Assembly (NCBI GenBank): GCA_963664305.2
Contig: CAXXLV010000002.1
Span: 128,001 to 192,000, forward strand
DNA: 64,000 nt
Reading direction: 5' to 3'
DNA from: an uncultured Aliarcobacter sp.
GTDB lineage: Bacteria > Campylobacterota > Campylobacteria > Campylobacterales > Arcobacteraceae
In this document: piece after piece, positions 1-12,116 of the stretch
How positions within the stretch are numbered: the first letter of the stretch is position 1
Layout: every line of letters starts with the position of its first letter
Translations under genes and position numbers: made by a program
Notes under the pieces: generated by a model
Seen by the model: the letters and a program-made list of their open reading frames with translations, nothing else
The model's database searches: none
What the model was told of the DNA's origin: nothing

Positions 1-192
1 CAAGTATTTGCAGATTTAGCACAACATTTTGAGAATAAATTATTTAAAGTTGATGATAATTCATATGTTGTGATTCCAAGAAATGTAAAATTAGCAGAAA
101 GTCCAAGTTTTGGGAAACCAATCATGCTTTATGATACAAATTCAAGTGGAACAAAAGCTTATACAAATTTAGCAAGAGCAATTGCAGGATAA
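1..192 (+). CDS. parA: ParA/Soj family ATPase, 3' end (partial)
   Basis: Frame 1 reads ...VIPRNVKLAESPSFGKPIMLYD...YTNLA, the typical ParA C-terminus. Stop at 190-192, directly before parB. Confidence 0.9.
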   Translation, partial: QVFADLAQHFENKLFKVDDNSYVVIPRNVKLAESPSFGKPIMLYDTNSSGTKAYTNLARAIAG

Positions 193-213
193 TTTTATTT
201 TATAGGATACAGT

Positions 214-1071
214 ATGGCATTAGGAAGAGGATTAGGAGAATTATTAGGAGAAGTTGAATCAGCATATGAAAATTCAACTGGAAACAATAAATCAGGTGTA
301 AGAAAACTAGATGTTTCATTAATTAAAGCTAATCCAAATCAACCAAGAAAAATATTTGATGAAGAAAAATTACAAGAATTAAGTGAATCTATAAAAGAAC
401 ATGGATTATTGCAACCAATAGTAGTAGTAGAAAATGATGATAATAGTTACACTCTAATTGCAGGGGAGCGAAGATTAAGAGCTCATAAACTTGCAAAAAT
501 TGAACAAATAAAAGCAATTATTGTTGATGCAGATGAATTAAAATTAAGAGAATTAGCATTAATTGAAAATATTCAAAGAGATGATTTAAATATTATTGAA
601 TTAGCATACTGTTACGCACAGTTACTAAATGAACATAACATTACTCATGAAGAACTATCAAAAAAAGTGTTTAAAAGTAGAACTTCTATCACAAATACAT
701 TAAGACTGTTACAATTAAACTCATATGTACAACAATTTTTAGCAACGGACAAAATTAGTGCAGGGCATGCAAAAGTTATGTTAGGTCTTAGTTCAGATGA
801 ACAAAAAATGGTTGCAGATTCTATCGTTGGACAAAAACTTTCAGTTAGAGAAACAGAAAAATTAGTTAAAGAATTAAAAGAAAGAAATACAGATAAACCA
901 AAGAAAGAGAAAGCTATTTACGACTATAACGTAGCTCCTTTAAAAAATCTAATGACTAAATTACAAGAAAATAATTTGAAAGTAAAAGTAGAAAAAAACT
1001 ATTTTAAAATTGAATTTAACTCACAAGAAGAAATTGACAAAATATCTAGTTACTTTAATATACAATTGTAA
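214..1071 (+). CDS. parB: ParB/Spo0J partition protein
   Basis: LGRGL N-terminus, NPNQPR, GERRLRA, ENIQRDDL and an HTH region. Confidence 0.97.
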   Translation: MALGRGLGELLGEVESAYENSTGNNKSGVRKLDVSLIKANPNQPRKIFDEEKLQELSESIKEHGLLQPIVVVENDDNSYTLIAGERRLRAHKLAKIEQIKAIIVDADELKLRELALIENIQRDDLNIIELAYCYAQLLNEHNITHEELSKKVFKSRTSITNTLRLLQLNSYVQQFLATDKISAGHAKVMLGLSSDEQKMVADSIVGQKLSVRETEKLVKELKERNTDKPKKEKAIYDYNVAPLKNLMTKLQENNLKVKVEKNYFKIEFNSQEEIDKISSYFNIQL

Positions 1072-1184
1072 CAAAATCCGAAAATTTATAATCTAATTTT
1101 TTCATTTAATATATTTTTATACTTAGTTTTGCTAAAATATTTGAGTTTTAGTTAAACTAAACTGTAAAAAATATGGAGGAATGA

Positions 1185-1607
1185 ATGTTAGACATAAGTC
1201 CTGTATTATTGCTTAGCTCTGGTATCATCTTTCTTTTAGTTGTTGCTAGACTAAACAGTTGTCTTTTCAAGCCATTATTAAAGCACATGGATGATAGAAC
1301 AGCTTCTATAAAAAAAGATTTAGAAGATGCAAAATCAAACGGTGCTGATGTTGATGGTTTGTTAGCGGAAGCAAATGAAATCATTTCTAAAGCTAAAAAA
1401 GAAGCAGCTGCAATTAGAGAACAAGCTTATAAGGAAGCAAAGGATAGTGCTGATGCAAAACTTGCAAGTGCTAAATCTAATTTAGAAGCAAAATCTGTAG
1501 AATTTGCTAAAAACTTACAAGACGAGACTAAAGCTCTAAGAGATTCTTTAGTATCTTCTATGCCTCAATTTAATGAGAGCCTAAAAGCTAAGCTTAGCTC
1601 TATTTAA
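1185..1607 (+). CDS. F0F1 ATP synthase subunit b'
   Basis: N-terminal TM plus Ala/Lys/Glu coiled coil; first of two b-like genes before atpH. Confidence 0.9.
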   Translation: MLDISPVLLLSSGIIFLLVVARLNSCLFKPLLKHMDDRTASIKKDLEDAKSNGADVDGLLAEANEIISKAKKEAAAIREQAYKEAKDSADAKLASAKSNLEAKSVEFAKNLQDETKALRDSLVSSMPQFNESLKAKLSSI

Positions 1608-1622
1608 TAAAGGGATTAGAAT

Positions 1623-2135
1623 ATGAAAAGATTATTATTACTTGGGTTAGCTTTAGCTCCTGTTGCATTATTTGCAAGCGAAGGTGCGGTAGAAACTGAT
1701 ATAGTACAAAGAACCGTTAACTTTATTATATTTGCTGGAATTTTATGGTATTTACTTGCTGATAAAATTAAAGCATTTTTTGCCAATAGAACTTTATCTA
1801 TTCAAGCAGAACTTGACAAAGTTCAAGAGACTTTAAAAGCTTCTCAAGATAAAGTTTCAGATGCACAAAAAAAACTTGAAGAAGCAAAAAAAATTGCTAC
1901 TGAAATTATTGAAGGTGCAAAAGCTGATATTGATTCAGTTAAACAAAAAGTTGCAACTGCTGTTGATGCAGATATCGCTAATCTAAATAAAAATTTAGAT
2001 GAAATGATGAAAGTAGAAACATCAAAAGCTAAAAGAAAAGTTGTTACTGAGGTTCTTGAAGAGCTATTAAGTTCTGAAAATATTCAATTAACTCAAAGCG
2101 AGTTAGCAAATATTGTTCTTAAAAAGGTAGCATAA
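1623..2135 (+). CDS. atpF: F0F1 ATP synthase subunit b
   Basis: RTVNFIIFAGILWYL TM plus coiled coil; position in the atp operon. Confidence 0.92.
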   Translation: MKRLLLLGLALAPVALFASEGAVETDIVQRTVNFIIFAGILWYLLADKIKAFFANRTLSIQAELDKVQETLKASQDKVSDAQKKLEEAKKIATEIIEGAKADIDSVKQKVATAVDADIANLNKNLDEMMKVETSKAKRKVVTEVLEELLSSENIQLTQSELANIVLKKVA

Positions 2136-2665
2136 TGAAAGATTTAGTAGCAAAAAGATATGTAAAAGCTTTAATTGATGGTAGAGATAGTTCATCTATT
2201 AATACTATTAGTGAGAAGTTAAATGAAATTTCAACAGCATTTGCTGATGAAAAATTTAATTCTATTATTTCTTCACCAGAAATTTCATCGACTGAAAAAG
2301 TTAATTTAGTAACTTCATTTGTTGACGGTATAGATTATGCTTTAAGCAATTTTATTAAATTATTAGGTGAAAAAAGAAGATTAACTTTATTACCAAACAT
2401 TGCAGCTGAGTTAAGTGCTCAAATTGCAAAAAATAATAATAGTTATGTTGGTGTTGTTTATACTAATCAAGAATTATCAAGCGATTATGTATCTTCAATA
2501 GAAGAACAATTTAGTAGAAAATTTGATGTTAAATTATCATTATCACAAAATGTTTGTGACTATGATGGTATTAAAGTAGATATTGACGGACTTGGGGTTG
2601 AAATATCTTTTTCTAAAGATAGATTAAAATCACAGTTAATTGATCATATTTTAAAAGCAGTTTAG
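2135..2665 (+). CDS. atpH: ATP synthase delta subunit
   Basis: VAKRYVKAL start, NFIKLLGEKRRL; position before atpA. Confidence 0.93.
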   Translation: MKDLVAKRYVKALIDGRDSSSINTISEKLNEISTAFADEKFNSIISSPEISSTEKVNLVTSFVDGIDYALSNFIKLLGEKRRLTLLPNIAAELSAQIAKNNNSYVGVVYTNQELSSDYVSSIEEQFSRKFDVKLSLSQNVCDYDGIKVDIDGLGVEISFSKDRLKSQLIDHILKAV

Positions 2666-2686
2666 AACTTATAAAGGAGAAATTGA

Positions 2687-4204
2687 ATGGGTGCAAAAAT
2701 TCAAGCTGATGAAATCAGTTCTATAATAAAAGAAAGAATTGATAACTTTGAATTAAGTGTAGATGTAAATGAGACAGGGAAAATAATCTCTTATGCAGAT
2801 GGTATTGCTCAAGTTTACGGATTAAAAAATGTAATGGCTGGTGAGCTTGTAGAGTTTGAAAACGGTGAGAGAGGTCTTGCTTCAAACTTAGAAGAGTCTT
2901 CAGTTGGTATCGTTATCCTTGGAAAAGGTGAAGGTCTTAGAGAAGGAACATCTTGTAAAAGACTTGGAAAATTATTAGAAACACCAGTTGGTGAAGCTAT
3001 GGTTGGAAGAGTTGTTAATGCATTAGGTGAGCCAATTGATGGTAAAGGTCCTATTGCAGCAGCTGAGCATAGATTTGTTGAAGAAAAAGCTCCTGGAATT
3101 ATGGCTAGAAAATCTGTTCATGAGCCATTAACAACTGGTATTAAAGCTATTGATGCATTAGTTCCAATTGGAAGAGGACAAAGAGAGCTTATCATTGGTG
3201 ATAGACAAACTGGTAAAACTACAGTTGCAATCGATACAATTTTAAATCAAAAAGGTGAAAACGTTGTTTGTATTTATGTTGCTATCGGACAAAAAGCATC
3301 TTCAGTTGCAGCAGTTGTAAGAACATTAGAAGAGTCTGGTGCTATGGATTATACAATTGTTGTTAATGCTGGTGCTGCTGATTCATCTGCATTACAATTC
3401 TTAGCTCCATATACAGGTGTTACAATTGGTGAATATTTCAGAGATAATGGTAAACATGCATTAATCGTTTATGATGATTTATCAAAACATGCAGTTGCAT
3501 ATAGAGAAATGTCATTAATCTTAAGAAGACCTCCAGGAAGAGAAGCTTACCCAGGGGATGTATTCTATCTACACTCAAGATTATTAGAAAGAGCTGCAAA
3601 AATGTCAGATGAAAAAGGTGCTGGTTCTATGACTGCGTTACCAATCATCGAAACACAAGCTGGAGACGTTGCTGCATATATTCCAACAAACGTAATTTCT
3701 ATTACTGATGGACAAATTTTCTTAGAAACAAACTTATTTAACTCAGGTATTAGACCTGCAATTAATGTTGGTTTATCTGTTTCTAGGGTTGGAGGAGCTG
3801 CTCAAATTAAAGCTACTAAACAAGTTGCAGGTACTTTAAAATTATCTTTAGCACAATATAGAGAGCTTGAAGCGTTTGCTCAATTTGCATCAGATTTAGA
3901 TGAAGCTACAAGAAGAGAATTAGAACTTGGACAAAGAATGGTTGAAGTTTTAAAACAAGGTGTTAATAAACCACTTGTTATTGAAAAACAAATCGTTATT
4001 ATTTATGCAGGTACTAAAGGTTATTTAAATGATATCGCAGTTAAAGATGTTGTAAGATTTGAAAATGAATTACATGCATTCTTTGAGCAAAAATATTCAA
4101 ATATTTTAGAATCAATCAAAACTAAACAAAAATTAGATGATGATAATGAAGCTGAATTAAAAGCTGCATTAGAAGAGTTCAAAACTGTATTTAATGCAAA
4201 ATAA
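2687..4204 (+). CDS. atpA: ATP synthase alpha subunit
   Basis: GDRQTGKT Walker [25 protein letters not shown]. Confidence 0.99.
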   Translation: MGAKIQADEISSIIKERIDNFELSVDVNETGKIISYADGIAQVYGLKNVMAGELVEFENGERGLASNLEESSVGIVILGKGEGLREGTSCKRLGKLLETPVGEAMVGRVVNALGEPIDGKGPIAAAEHRFVEEKAPGIMARKSVHEPLTTGIKAIDALVPIGRGQRELIIGDRQTGKTTVAIDTILNQKGENVVCIYVAIGQKASSVAAVVRTLEESGAMDYTIVVNAGAADSSALQFLAPYTGVTIGEYFRDNGKHALIVYDDLSKHAVAYREMSLILRRPPGREAYPGDVFYLHSRLLERAAKMSDEKGAGSMTALPIIETQAGDVAAYIPTNVISITDGQIFLETNLFNSGIRPAINVGLSVSRVGGAAQIKATKQVAGTLKLSLAQYRELEAFAQFASDLDEATRRELELGQRMVEVLKQGVNKPLVIEKQIVIIYAGTKGYLNDIAVKDVVRFENELHAFFEQKYSNILESIKTKQKLDDDNEAELKAALEEFKTVFNAK

Positions 4205-4214
4205 GGATTAGCAA

Positions 4215-5099
4215 ATGGCTAATTTAAAAGAGATAAAATTAAAAATCGGTAGTGTTAAAAATACTCAGAAGACAACAAAAGCTATGAAGCTAGTTTCTTC
4301 TGCTAAACTTACTAGAACAAGACAATTGTCTGAGCAAGCTAGAAGTTATGCAGCGAAAATTAATGATGTTCTTTCTGATATTGCTGCTAGAGTGAGTACA
4401 GCTCATGAAGGTGGAAACATTAGTAGAGCTTTTGTTAGCAATGATAATCCAAAAACAGTTGATATTGTTTTTGTAACAGCTGATAAAGGTCTTTGCGGTG
4501 GATTTAATATGTCAACAATTAAAACTGTAAGTAGATTAATTGCTGAATATAAATCTAAAGGAATTAATGTAAGATTAAGAGCAGCTGGTAAAAAAGGTGT
4601 TGAATATTTTACATTCCAAAAGTTTAGTTTAGAACAAAAAGTAAGTGATTTAAGTTCTGCTCCTGATTATGACAGAGCTGCAGATTTTATAAATGCTGTT
4701 GTAGAAGATTTCAGAAATGAAGTTACTGATAAAGTAGTTTTAGTTTACAATGGTTTTTTAAATATGCTATCTCAAGAAATTAGAGTTAGAGAATTATTAC
4801 CAATTGGTTTAGATAATATTGAAGCTAAGAAAACTGAGTCAATGTTAGAAATTGAACCAGATGATGATGAAGAAGTATTAAACGAATTAACTGATAAATA
4901 TATTGATTTCAATATGTATTATGCATTAATTGACTCTTTAGCTGCTGAGCATTCTGCAAGAATGCAAGCAATGGAAGCTGCAACTAAAAATGCAAAAGAA
5001 AAAGTTAATAGTTTAACTGTTGAATATAATAAAGCTAGACAAGCTGCAATTACAACTGAGCTGATAGAAATTATCAGTGGTGTTGAAGCATTAAAATAA
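4215..5099 (+). CDS. atpG: ATP synthase gamma subunit
   Basis: DKGLCGGFN, EHSARMQAM, RQAAITTELIEI. Confidence 0.99.
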   Translation: MANLKEIKLKIGSVKNTQKTTKAMKLVSSAKLTRTRQLSEQARSYAAKINDVLSDIAARVSTAHEGGNISRAFVSNDNPKTVDIVFVTADKGLCGGFNMSTIKTVSRLIAEYKSKGINVRLRAAGKKGVEYFTFQKFSLEQKVSDLSSAPDYDRAADFINAVVEDFRNEVTDKVVLVYNGFLNMLSQEIRVRELLPIGLDNIEAKKTESMLEIEPDDDEEVLNELTDKYIDFNMYYALIDSLAAEHSARMQAMEAATKNAKEKVNSLTVEYNKARQAAITTELIEIISGVEALK

Positions 5100-6512
<1,413 letters not shown>

Positions 6513-6534
6513 CAAAAAACCATTAAGGCATAAC

Positions 6535-6912
6535 ATGGATACAATTAGATTATCAATCGTTACACCTAATGGAGAAATATTTAATGATGATGTGAAAACT
6601 GTAACTCTTCCTGGAAAAGAGGGAGAGTTCGGTGTTCTACCAGGACATTCTTCATTAGTTTCTTCATTAACTGTTGGTGTAATTGTTATTGAAAAAGCAA
6701 ACTCTACTGAAGCTGTTGCTATTAACTGGGGACATGTTAAAGTAGATGAAAAATCAGTTGATGTATTAGCAGATGGAGCTATTGCATTAACAGCTGGAAA
6801 AGATTCTGAAATTGCTAAAAATATTGAAGCAGCAAAAGTATTAGTTAACTCTGTAAAAGATTCTAATATTTCTCTTGCATCAGTTGAAGCAAAAATCAAC
6901 TCATTTGCATAA
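6535..6912 (+). CDS. atpC: ATP synthase epsilon subunit
   Basis: IVTPNG...LPGKEGEFGVLPGH. Confidence 0.97.
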   Translation: MDTIRLSIVTPNGEIFNDDVKTVTLPGKEGEFGVLPGHSSLVSSLTVGVIVIEKANSTEAVAINWGHVKVDEKSVDVLADGAIALTAGKDSEIAKNIEAAKVLVNSVKDSNISLASVEAKINSFA

Positions 6913-6918
6913 AAGCTC

Positions 6919-7479
6919 ATGATTACTACATTACTAAATTATTTGGCAAATAGTAGTGCTATAACTTATATAGTTTTAGCACTATTGTCAACATATATTG
7001 TTATCACTTTCTGGGTTTTCTTTTATAGAAGAAGTATATTAAACGCACTTATCAGTAATGAACAAAAATCCTTAGAAGCATTGACTTCTAGAGAAACAAG
7101 ATTTTCTCCATTATCTGCATTAAATAAATGCTCTAATAACATAACTTCAAAAGAATTATTACATGCATGTGAAATTAATATTATGAAAGATGCAAGTTCA
7201 GGTTTATCATGGTTAGCAATTATTTCTTCTACATCACCATTTATCGGTCTTTTTGGTACGGTAGTTGGTATTCTAGAATCATTTGCTAAATTTGCAAATC
7301 AATCAAAAGTAGCGTTTTCAATTATTGCACCAGCTATTAGTGAAGCGTTAGTTGCTACAGCAGCAGGTATATTAGTGGCAATTTTTGCCTATACTTTCCA
7401 TCAAATTCTCACAAGAAAAGTTTATGAATTAAATGTTTTTCTTAAGGCACAATCACAAATTTTAATTGCTAAAGGGTAA
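6919..7479 (+). CDS. tolQ: MotA/TolQ/ExbB proton channel protein (TolQ)
   Basis: SPFIGLFGTVVGI, APAISEALVATAAG; upstream of tolR/tolB/pal. Confidence 0.88.
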   Translation: MITTLLNYLANSSAITYIVLALLSTYIVITFWVFFYRRSILNALISNEQKSLEALTSRETRFSPLSALNKCSNNITSKELLHACEINIMKDASSGLSWLAIISSTSPFIGLFGTVVGILESFAKFANQSKVAFSIIAPAISEALVATAAGILVAIFAYTFHQILTRKVYELNVFLKAQSQILIAKG

Positions 7480-7483
7480 TAGA

Positions 7484-7873
7484 GTGTATGATCTTAATCA
7501 AAAACCAGATTTAAATATTACTCCTTTAGTAGATATTATGCTAGTTTTACTAGCAATACTTATGGTAACAGCACCTGTTATCGAATTTGAAGAACCGATT
7601 ACTCTTCCAACAGGAAGCAGATCTCAACAAACACAAGATGTTCAAAAAATTGATATTATTATTACAAAAGATAGAATCGTTACACTAAATAAAAATAAAA
7701 TAGAAATAGGAAATTTTGCAGATAGCTTTTTGCAATTTTCAAATGGAAAAGATCAAAATACACCCGTTTATATTCGTGCAGATAAAAGTTTAAAATATGA
7801 TGATATTATTTTTGTTTTAAAATCAGTTAAAGAGGCTGGTTTTTTCAAAGTGGCATTAGTTACAGACGGATAA
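7484..7873 (+). CDS. tolR: ExbD/TolR protein
   Basis: LNITPLVDIMLVLL, IRADK. GTG at 7484 after AAAGGG is a likelier start than 7466. Confidence 0.88.
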   Translation: MYDLNQKPDLNITPLVDIMLVLLAILMVTAPVIEFEEPITLPTGSRSQQTQDVQKIDIIITKDRIVTLNKNKIEIGNFADSFLQFSNGKDQNTPVYIRADKSLKYDDIIFVLKSVKEAGFFKVALVTDG

Positions 7874-7876
7874 TGA

Positions 7877-8602
7877 ATGCAAAATAATTTTTCATTTATA
7901 GTTTCAGGTATAATCGCATTTTCTTTATATATTTGTTTATGTTTCTCTGTACTTTTTTATATTATGAGTCCAGAACAAAATATGATTAATATTACTCCTA
8001 CTTCAACTTCAATTGAACTTGATATGATAGTAGAAAAAGCAGAGAAAAAAATGGTTGAAAGAAAGGTTGAAAAAATTATTGAAGAAAAAGAAGTTGTTGA
8101 AAAACAAACTTCTGCTCAACAAGAAAAGAAACCAGATTTAAAATCATTATTTGCAAATGTTAAAGAAACAGCCAAAACTGTTACAAAAGAAGAAGTTAAT
8201 AATGTTCAAAAATCAATTGATCCTAAAAGATTTAAATCTAAATTTGAAAAAGAAAAGAAATCTTCAAATATTAAGATTGATAGATTGTTAGAAGACGAAA
8301 AAACAGCTACAAATACAAAAAGTACAAATGCAGCAAAAGGTGTTGAAACAGATGAATATTTTGCACAAATTAGTGAGATGTTATCTGCTTGGGTACCAGT
8401 TGGATCTGGATTAAAAGCGGTTGTTTTAATTATGATTGATTTAGAAGGTAGATTTGATTATAGTTTTGTAAAAAAATCAGGTGACAGTACATTTGATACA
8501 TCACTAGAAGCTTTTTTAAGTGAGCAGAAAAATATTGCTTATCCTAAACCAACAAAGGGTAAAGCAGTTAGAATTAATGTTGATTTCAAATCAGAAGGAT
8601 AA
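7877..8602 (+). CDS. TolA/TonB-like energy transducer
   Basis: Single N-terminal TM, Lys/Glu-rich stalk, TonB_C-like end (KSGDSTFD); lies between tolR and tolB. Confidence 0.78.
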   Translation: MQNNFSFIVSGIIAFSLYICLCFSVLFYIMSPEQNMINITPTSTSIELDMIVEKAEKKMVERKVEKIIEEKEVVEKQTSAQQEKKPDLKSLFANVKETAKTVTKEEVNNVQKSIDPKRFKSKFEKEKKSSNIKIDRLLEDEKTATNTKSTNAAKGVETDEYFAQISEMLSAWVPVGSGLKAVVLIMIDLEGRFDYSFVKKSGDSTFDTSLEAFLSEQKNIAYPKPTKGKAVRINVDFKSEG

Positions 8603-8606
8603 AATT

Positions 8607-9878
8607 ATGTTTAGAATATTTTTGTTAATATCAATGATATTAAGTTCAGTTTTTGCAGAAGTAGATGCAAATTTAGAAATTATTAAAAAAGCAAATTCTG
8701 TACCTAAAATATTGGTATCAGTTGCAAGTGATACAATGGAAGTTGAAACTCTTAATAAAATAAAAAAAGGTATAGCTGATGACTTAAATGTTAGTGGTCA
8801 CTTTGAAATCGCAACGATTAATAGTCAAACAGCTTATGATAGTATACCTGATATTTTAAGTTTATCAAATCAAGGTGTAGGATTATTTTTAAATATCTCT
8901 GCAAAAAAAGAAGCTACAGGTGATTTTACACTTATGACTAAACTTTATAATATTGGTGCAAGAGCTTTAATTTTAGAAAAAAATTTCACTACTTCACAAG
9001 AGGATAGATATATATTTTTAGCTCATAAAGCTGCTATTTCTATTAATGATTTCTTTAAAGCTCCAAGTATTTCATGGATGGATAAATTTGTTGTTTTTTC
9101 AACGTATAAAGGGGCTGGTAAAGCTGATATTATGATTGGAGATTATACTTTAACTTATAAGAAAACAGTTGTTACTGGTGGTTTAAATATTTTCCCAAAA
9201 TGGGCAGATAAAGAGCAAAAAACAATTTATTATACATCTTATAACTATAAAAAACCTACATTAGTTAAATTGAATATATATAACAGAAGTAAAGACATAA
9301 TTATGGATTCTGATGGAATGTTAGCTTGTTCAGACGTAAATGAAGATGGAACTAAACTTTTAGTTACTGCATCTCCAACAGGTCAACCTGATATTTTCTT
9401 ATATGACACAAGAACAAGACAAAAAAGTCAAATCACAAGATACAGTGGAATTGATGTTGGTGGACAATTTATAGAAAATGGTTCAAGAATTGTTTTTGTA
9501 TCTGATAGATTAGGAAATCCAAATATTTTTGCACAAGGAATTAATTCTACAGCTGTTGAAAGATTAGTATATCACAGTAACAATAATTCATCTGCAACAG
9601 CACATGAAAATAATATTGTATATAGTAGTAAAGATTCAGATAATGAATTAGGTGGAAAAAGTTTTAATCTATATTTAGTTTCTACTAAAACAGATAGTTT
9701 AAAAAGATTAACTTCAAGTGGTGTTAATCAATTCCCAAAATTCTCTACAGATGGTGAAACTTTATTATTTATAAAAACATATGCTGGAGAGAGTTCAGTT
9801 GGTATTATTAGATTAGATTACAATAAATCTTTCTTATTCCCATTAACAGGTGGAAGAATTCAATCTATTGATTGGTAA
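8607..9878 (+). CDS. tolB: Tol-Pal beta-propeller protein TolB
   Basis: Signal peptide from ATG 8607 (AAGGA SD upstream); PD40-like repeats (FVSDRLGNPNIF, FPKFSTDG). Confidence 0.93.
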   Translation: MFRIFLLISMILSSVFAEVDANLEIIKKANSVPKILVSVASDTMEVETLNKIKKGIADDLNVSGHFEIATINSQTAYDSIPDILSLSNQGVGLFLNISAKKEATGDFTLMTKLYNIGARALILEKNFTTSQEDRYIFLAHKAAISINDFFKAPSISWMDKFVVFSTYKGAGKADIMIGDYTLTYKKTVVTGGLNIFPKWADKEQKTIYYTSYNYKKPTLVKLNIYNRSKDIIMDSDGMLACSDVNEDGTKLLVTASPTGQPDIFLYDTRTRQKSQITRYSGIDVGGQFIENGSRIVFVSDRLGNPNIFAQGINSTAVERLVYHSNNNSSATAHENNIVYSSKDSDNELGGKSFNLYLVSTKTDSLKRLTSSGVNQFPKFSTDGETLLFIKTYAGESSVGIIRLDYNKSFLFPLTGGRIQSIDW

Positions 9879-9885
9879 TTCTTAT

Positions 9886-9913
9886 TTAAAGTATGGTTTA
9901 AACCATACTTTAA
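9886..9913. terminator. Bidirectional terminator-like perfect 28-bp palindrome
   Basis: TTAAAGTATGGTTT/AAACCATACTTTAA between the convergent tolB and ferritin-like genes. Confidence 0.75.
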
Positions 9914-10425
9914 TTTAAATTCTTTTTTATATCTATAATAAATTCTGTAATATCATCATGAAGAGTTTGTAAATCTTCCTCATGTTCAACTTCATCAGCT
10001 AAAATCTGACTTACAATATCATAAGTAACTATATCTTTATTTCTTGTTATTTCAACAATAGTTGAATATGTGTTTATTGCACACTGTTCACCTTTTATTG
10101 CATCCGTTAATATAGCAACAACATCAAAATTAGTTGGAGCATCATAACCACAATTTGTACTTTTTATCCAATCATTTGGATGAAGTAGAGGAGTACCTCC
10201 TAATTGAAGAATTCTATCTGCTAACATATTTGCATGTCTAAGTTCATCAGTTGCATGTTGTGTTAATTCAACAATTGCAGCATCTTTCATAATACCTTTA
10301 ACAACTTTTGCTTCAATAAAGTACTGATAGTATGCTAACCACTCATCTGCATATGCATTATTTAGAAGTTTTATGATTTCATTTATTTCAATACCTTTAA
10401 TGATTGAATTACCAATTCTAGCCAT
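9910..10425 (-). CDS. DPS-like (DPSL/thioferritin-type) ferritin-family protein
   Basis: ADEWLAYYQY, DELRHA, RILQLGG, GEQCAI, DEVEHEEDL di-iron ligands and a Cys pair. Confidence 0.85.
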   Translation of the reverse strand: MARIGNSIIKGIEINEIIKLLNNAYADEWLAYYQYFIEAKVVKGIMKDAAIVELTQHATDELRHANMLADRILQLGGTPLLHPNDWIKSTNCGYDAPTNFDVVAILTDAIKGEQCAINTYSTIVEITRNKDIVTYDIVSQILADEVEHEEDLQTLHDDITEFIIDIKKNLN

Positions 10426-10573
10426 TTTATCCTCCTATTTTTCATTTAATTTCTATATTACAAGAGAAATTCTTAATTTAAAGTTACAATAGATGCTAAG
10501 ATTACAAAAATATAAACAATTATTAAGGTTCAATTTAATATTATTTCAGGAAATTTTATTTCAAGGAAAAAAT

Positions 10574-11110
10574 ATGAAAAAGTTAGGTATTTACTCGGTT
10601 TTAGTTGCAGCATTATTATTCACTACTGGTTGTAGCGAAAAAAATGTTGATATGAATGTTGATAACGGTGCTACTGCAGATGTTGCTCCAGCTACTGATA
10701 CAAATTTAGCTGATGGAAGCTTCTCTGCTTTAGAAAAAGCTGGAAACGGTAACTGGTATATGATCAATGGTCAAAAAGTTTTAATTGAGCACGTTTACTT
10801 CGGATTTGATAAATACGATTTAACTGCTGAAAACAAAGAAAAAGCTACTTCAAATGCTTCAAAATTATCACCATTAACTGCTGATACAACTGTAAAAGTA
10901 TTTGGTAACACTGACGAATGGGGAACTGATGAGTATAACTACGCATTAGGATTAAAAAGAGCTAACGCTGTTAAAGATGTTTTAGTAGCTAACGGTGTTT
11001 CTGCTAATATCTCTTTAGTATCTTTAGGTGAAAGTAACCCAGTTTGTACTGAAAAAACTAAAGATTGTTGGGCAAAAAACAGAAGAGTTGAACACGAATT
11101 AAGTAAATAA
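10574..11110 (+). CDS. pal: Peptidoglycan-associated lipoprotein Pal
   Basis: ATG 10574 after AAGGA; lipobox FTTGC; OmpA-like domain (YFGFDKY, GNTDEWGTDEYNYALGLKRA, NRRVE). Confidence 0.95.
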   Translation: MKKLGIYSVLVAALLFTTGCSEKNVDMNVDNGATADVAPATDTNLADGSFSALEKAGNGNWYMINGQKVLIEHVYFGFDKYDLTAENKEKATSNASKLSPLTADTTVKVFGNTDEWGTDEYNYALGLKRANAVKDVLVANGVSANISLVSLGESNPVCTEKTKDCWAKNRRVEHELSK

Positions 11111-11115
11111 TTCTG

Positions 11116-12090
11116 ATGAATAAGTATCTTCTACCTCTATTAGTAGTAACTTCATTAACCGTAGCCGAAGAGGTTTCGGTTTATGGAGCTGGTGGTTCTT
11201 CGGACACTCCTTATGGGCTTAGTTCGACAGAAAAGCATATTATGAAAAACCAGTCAAATATAAGTAATTTATCTTCAAAAATTGGAGATATAAATACTTT
11301 AGTTGAGTCTATTAATAGAAGGTTAGAAGGCTTAGAATCTACATATGAAGGTGATTCTGCAAAATTAAACACAACTTCAAGAAAAGTTGATGAATTGATG
11401 CAAAAAATCGGTGGATCTTCAGATTTAGCTTCTAACAATAACACATCTTCTACAAATCAATCATCAGATCCTCAATTAGCAGAAACTGTTAATAATCTGA
11501 AAACTGCTTTAACTAAATTAACAGCTTTAGTTAATAAAATAAATTCAGAATATGTTTCTTCAACTGAACTTGAAAAAAACATGCAACAGTTTATTACAAG
11601 AGAAGAATTTGAGGCCTTGAAAAAAGCTATGGGTGTTAAAACATCACAAGTAAATCCTACAAAAACTAACGAAAAAAAATCTGCTGATGTAGAAGATAGT
11701 GCTGAAATAAAAAAAACTTTAACAGCGGAAGATAAACCAAAACTTTTATCTGAAGCAAAAAAAGATTTCGATGCAAAGAAGTATGATAGCGCTATACCTA
11801 AATATGAAAAATTAGTTGAAGTTAATTATAAACCTGCTGAAAGTAATTATTATCTAGGTGAAATGTGGTATATAAGAAAAAAATATGATGTTGCAATAAG
11901 TCATTTTAAAAAGTCTGCAATTCTAAATGATAAAGCAGCTTATATGCCAACTTTATTATTGCATAGTGCTATTTCATTTGAAAATACAAAAGATAAAGAT
12001 AATGCAAAAAGTTTCTATTCTACTTTAATAGACCTTTATCCTGACTCAAGTGAAGCAAAAATAGCAAAAAAAAATTTAGCTAAGTTATAA
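11116..12090 (+). CDS. cpoB: CpoB/YbgF-like coiled-coil + TPR periplasmic protein
   Basis: Signal peptide, coiled coil, C-terminal TPRs (YYLGE, LYPDSSEAKIA); directly after pal. Confidence 0.8.
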   Translation: MNKYLLPLLVVTSLTVAEEVSVYGAGGSSDTPYGLSSTEKHIMKNQSNISNLSSKIGDINTLVESINRRLEGLESTYEGDSAKLNTTSRKVDELMQKIGGSSDLASNNNTSSTNQSSDPQLAETVNNLKTALTKLTALVNKINSEYVSSTELEKNMQQFITREEFEALKKAMGVKTSQVNPTKTNEKKSADVEDSAEIKKTLTAEDKPKLLSEAKKDFDAKKYDSAIPKYEKLVEVNYKPAESNYYLGEMWYIRKKYDVAISHFKKSAILNDKAAYMPTLLLHSAISFENTKDKDNAKSFYSTLIDLYPDSSEAKIAKKNLAKL

Positions 12091-12116
12091 TATATAAATA
12101 AAATTAAGGAAAAATA

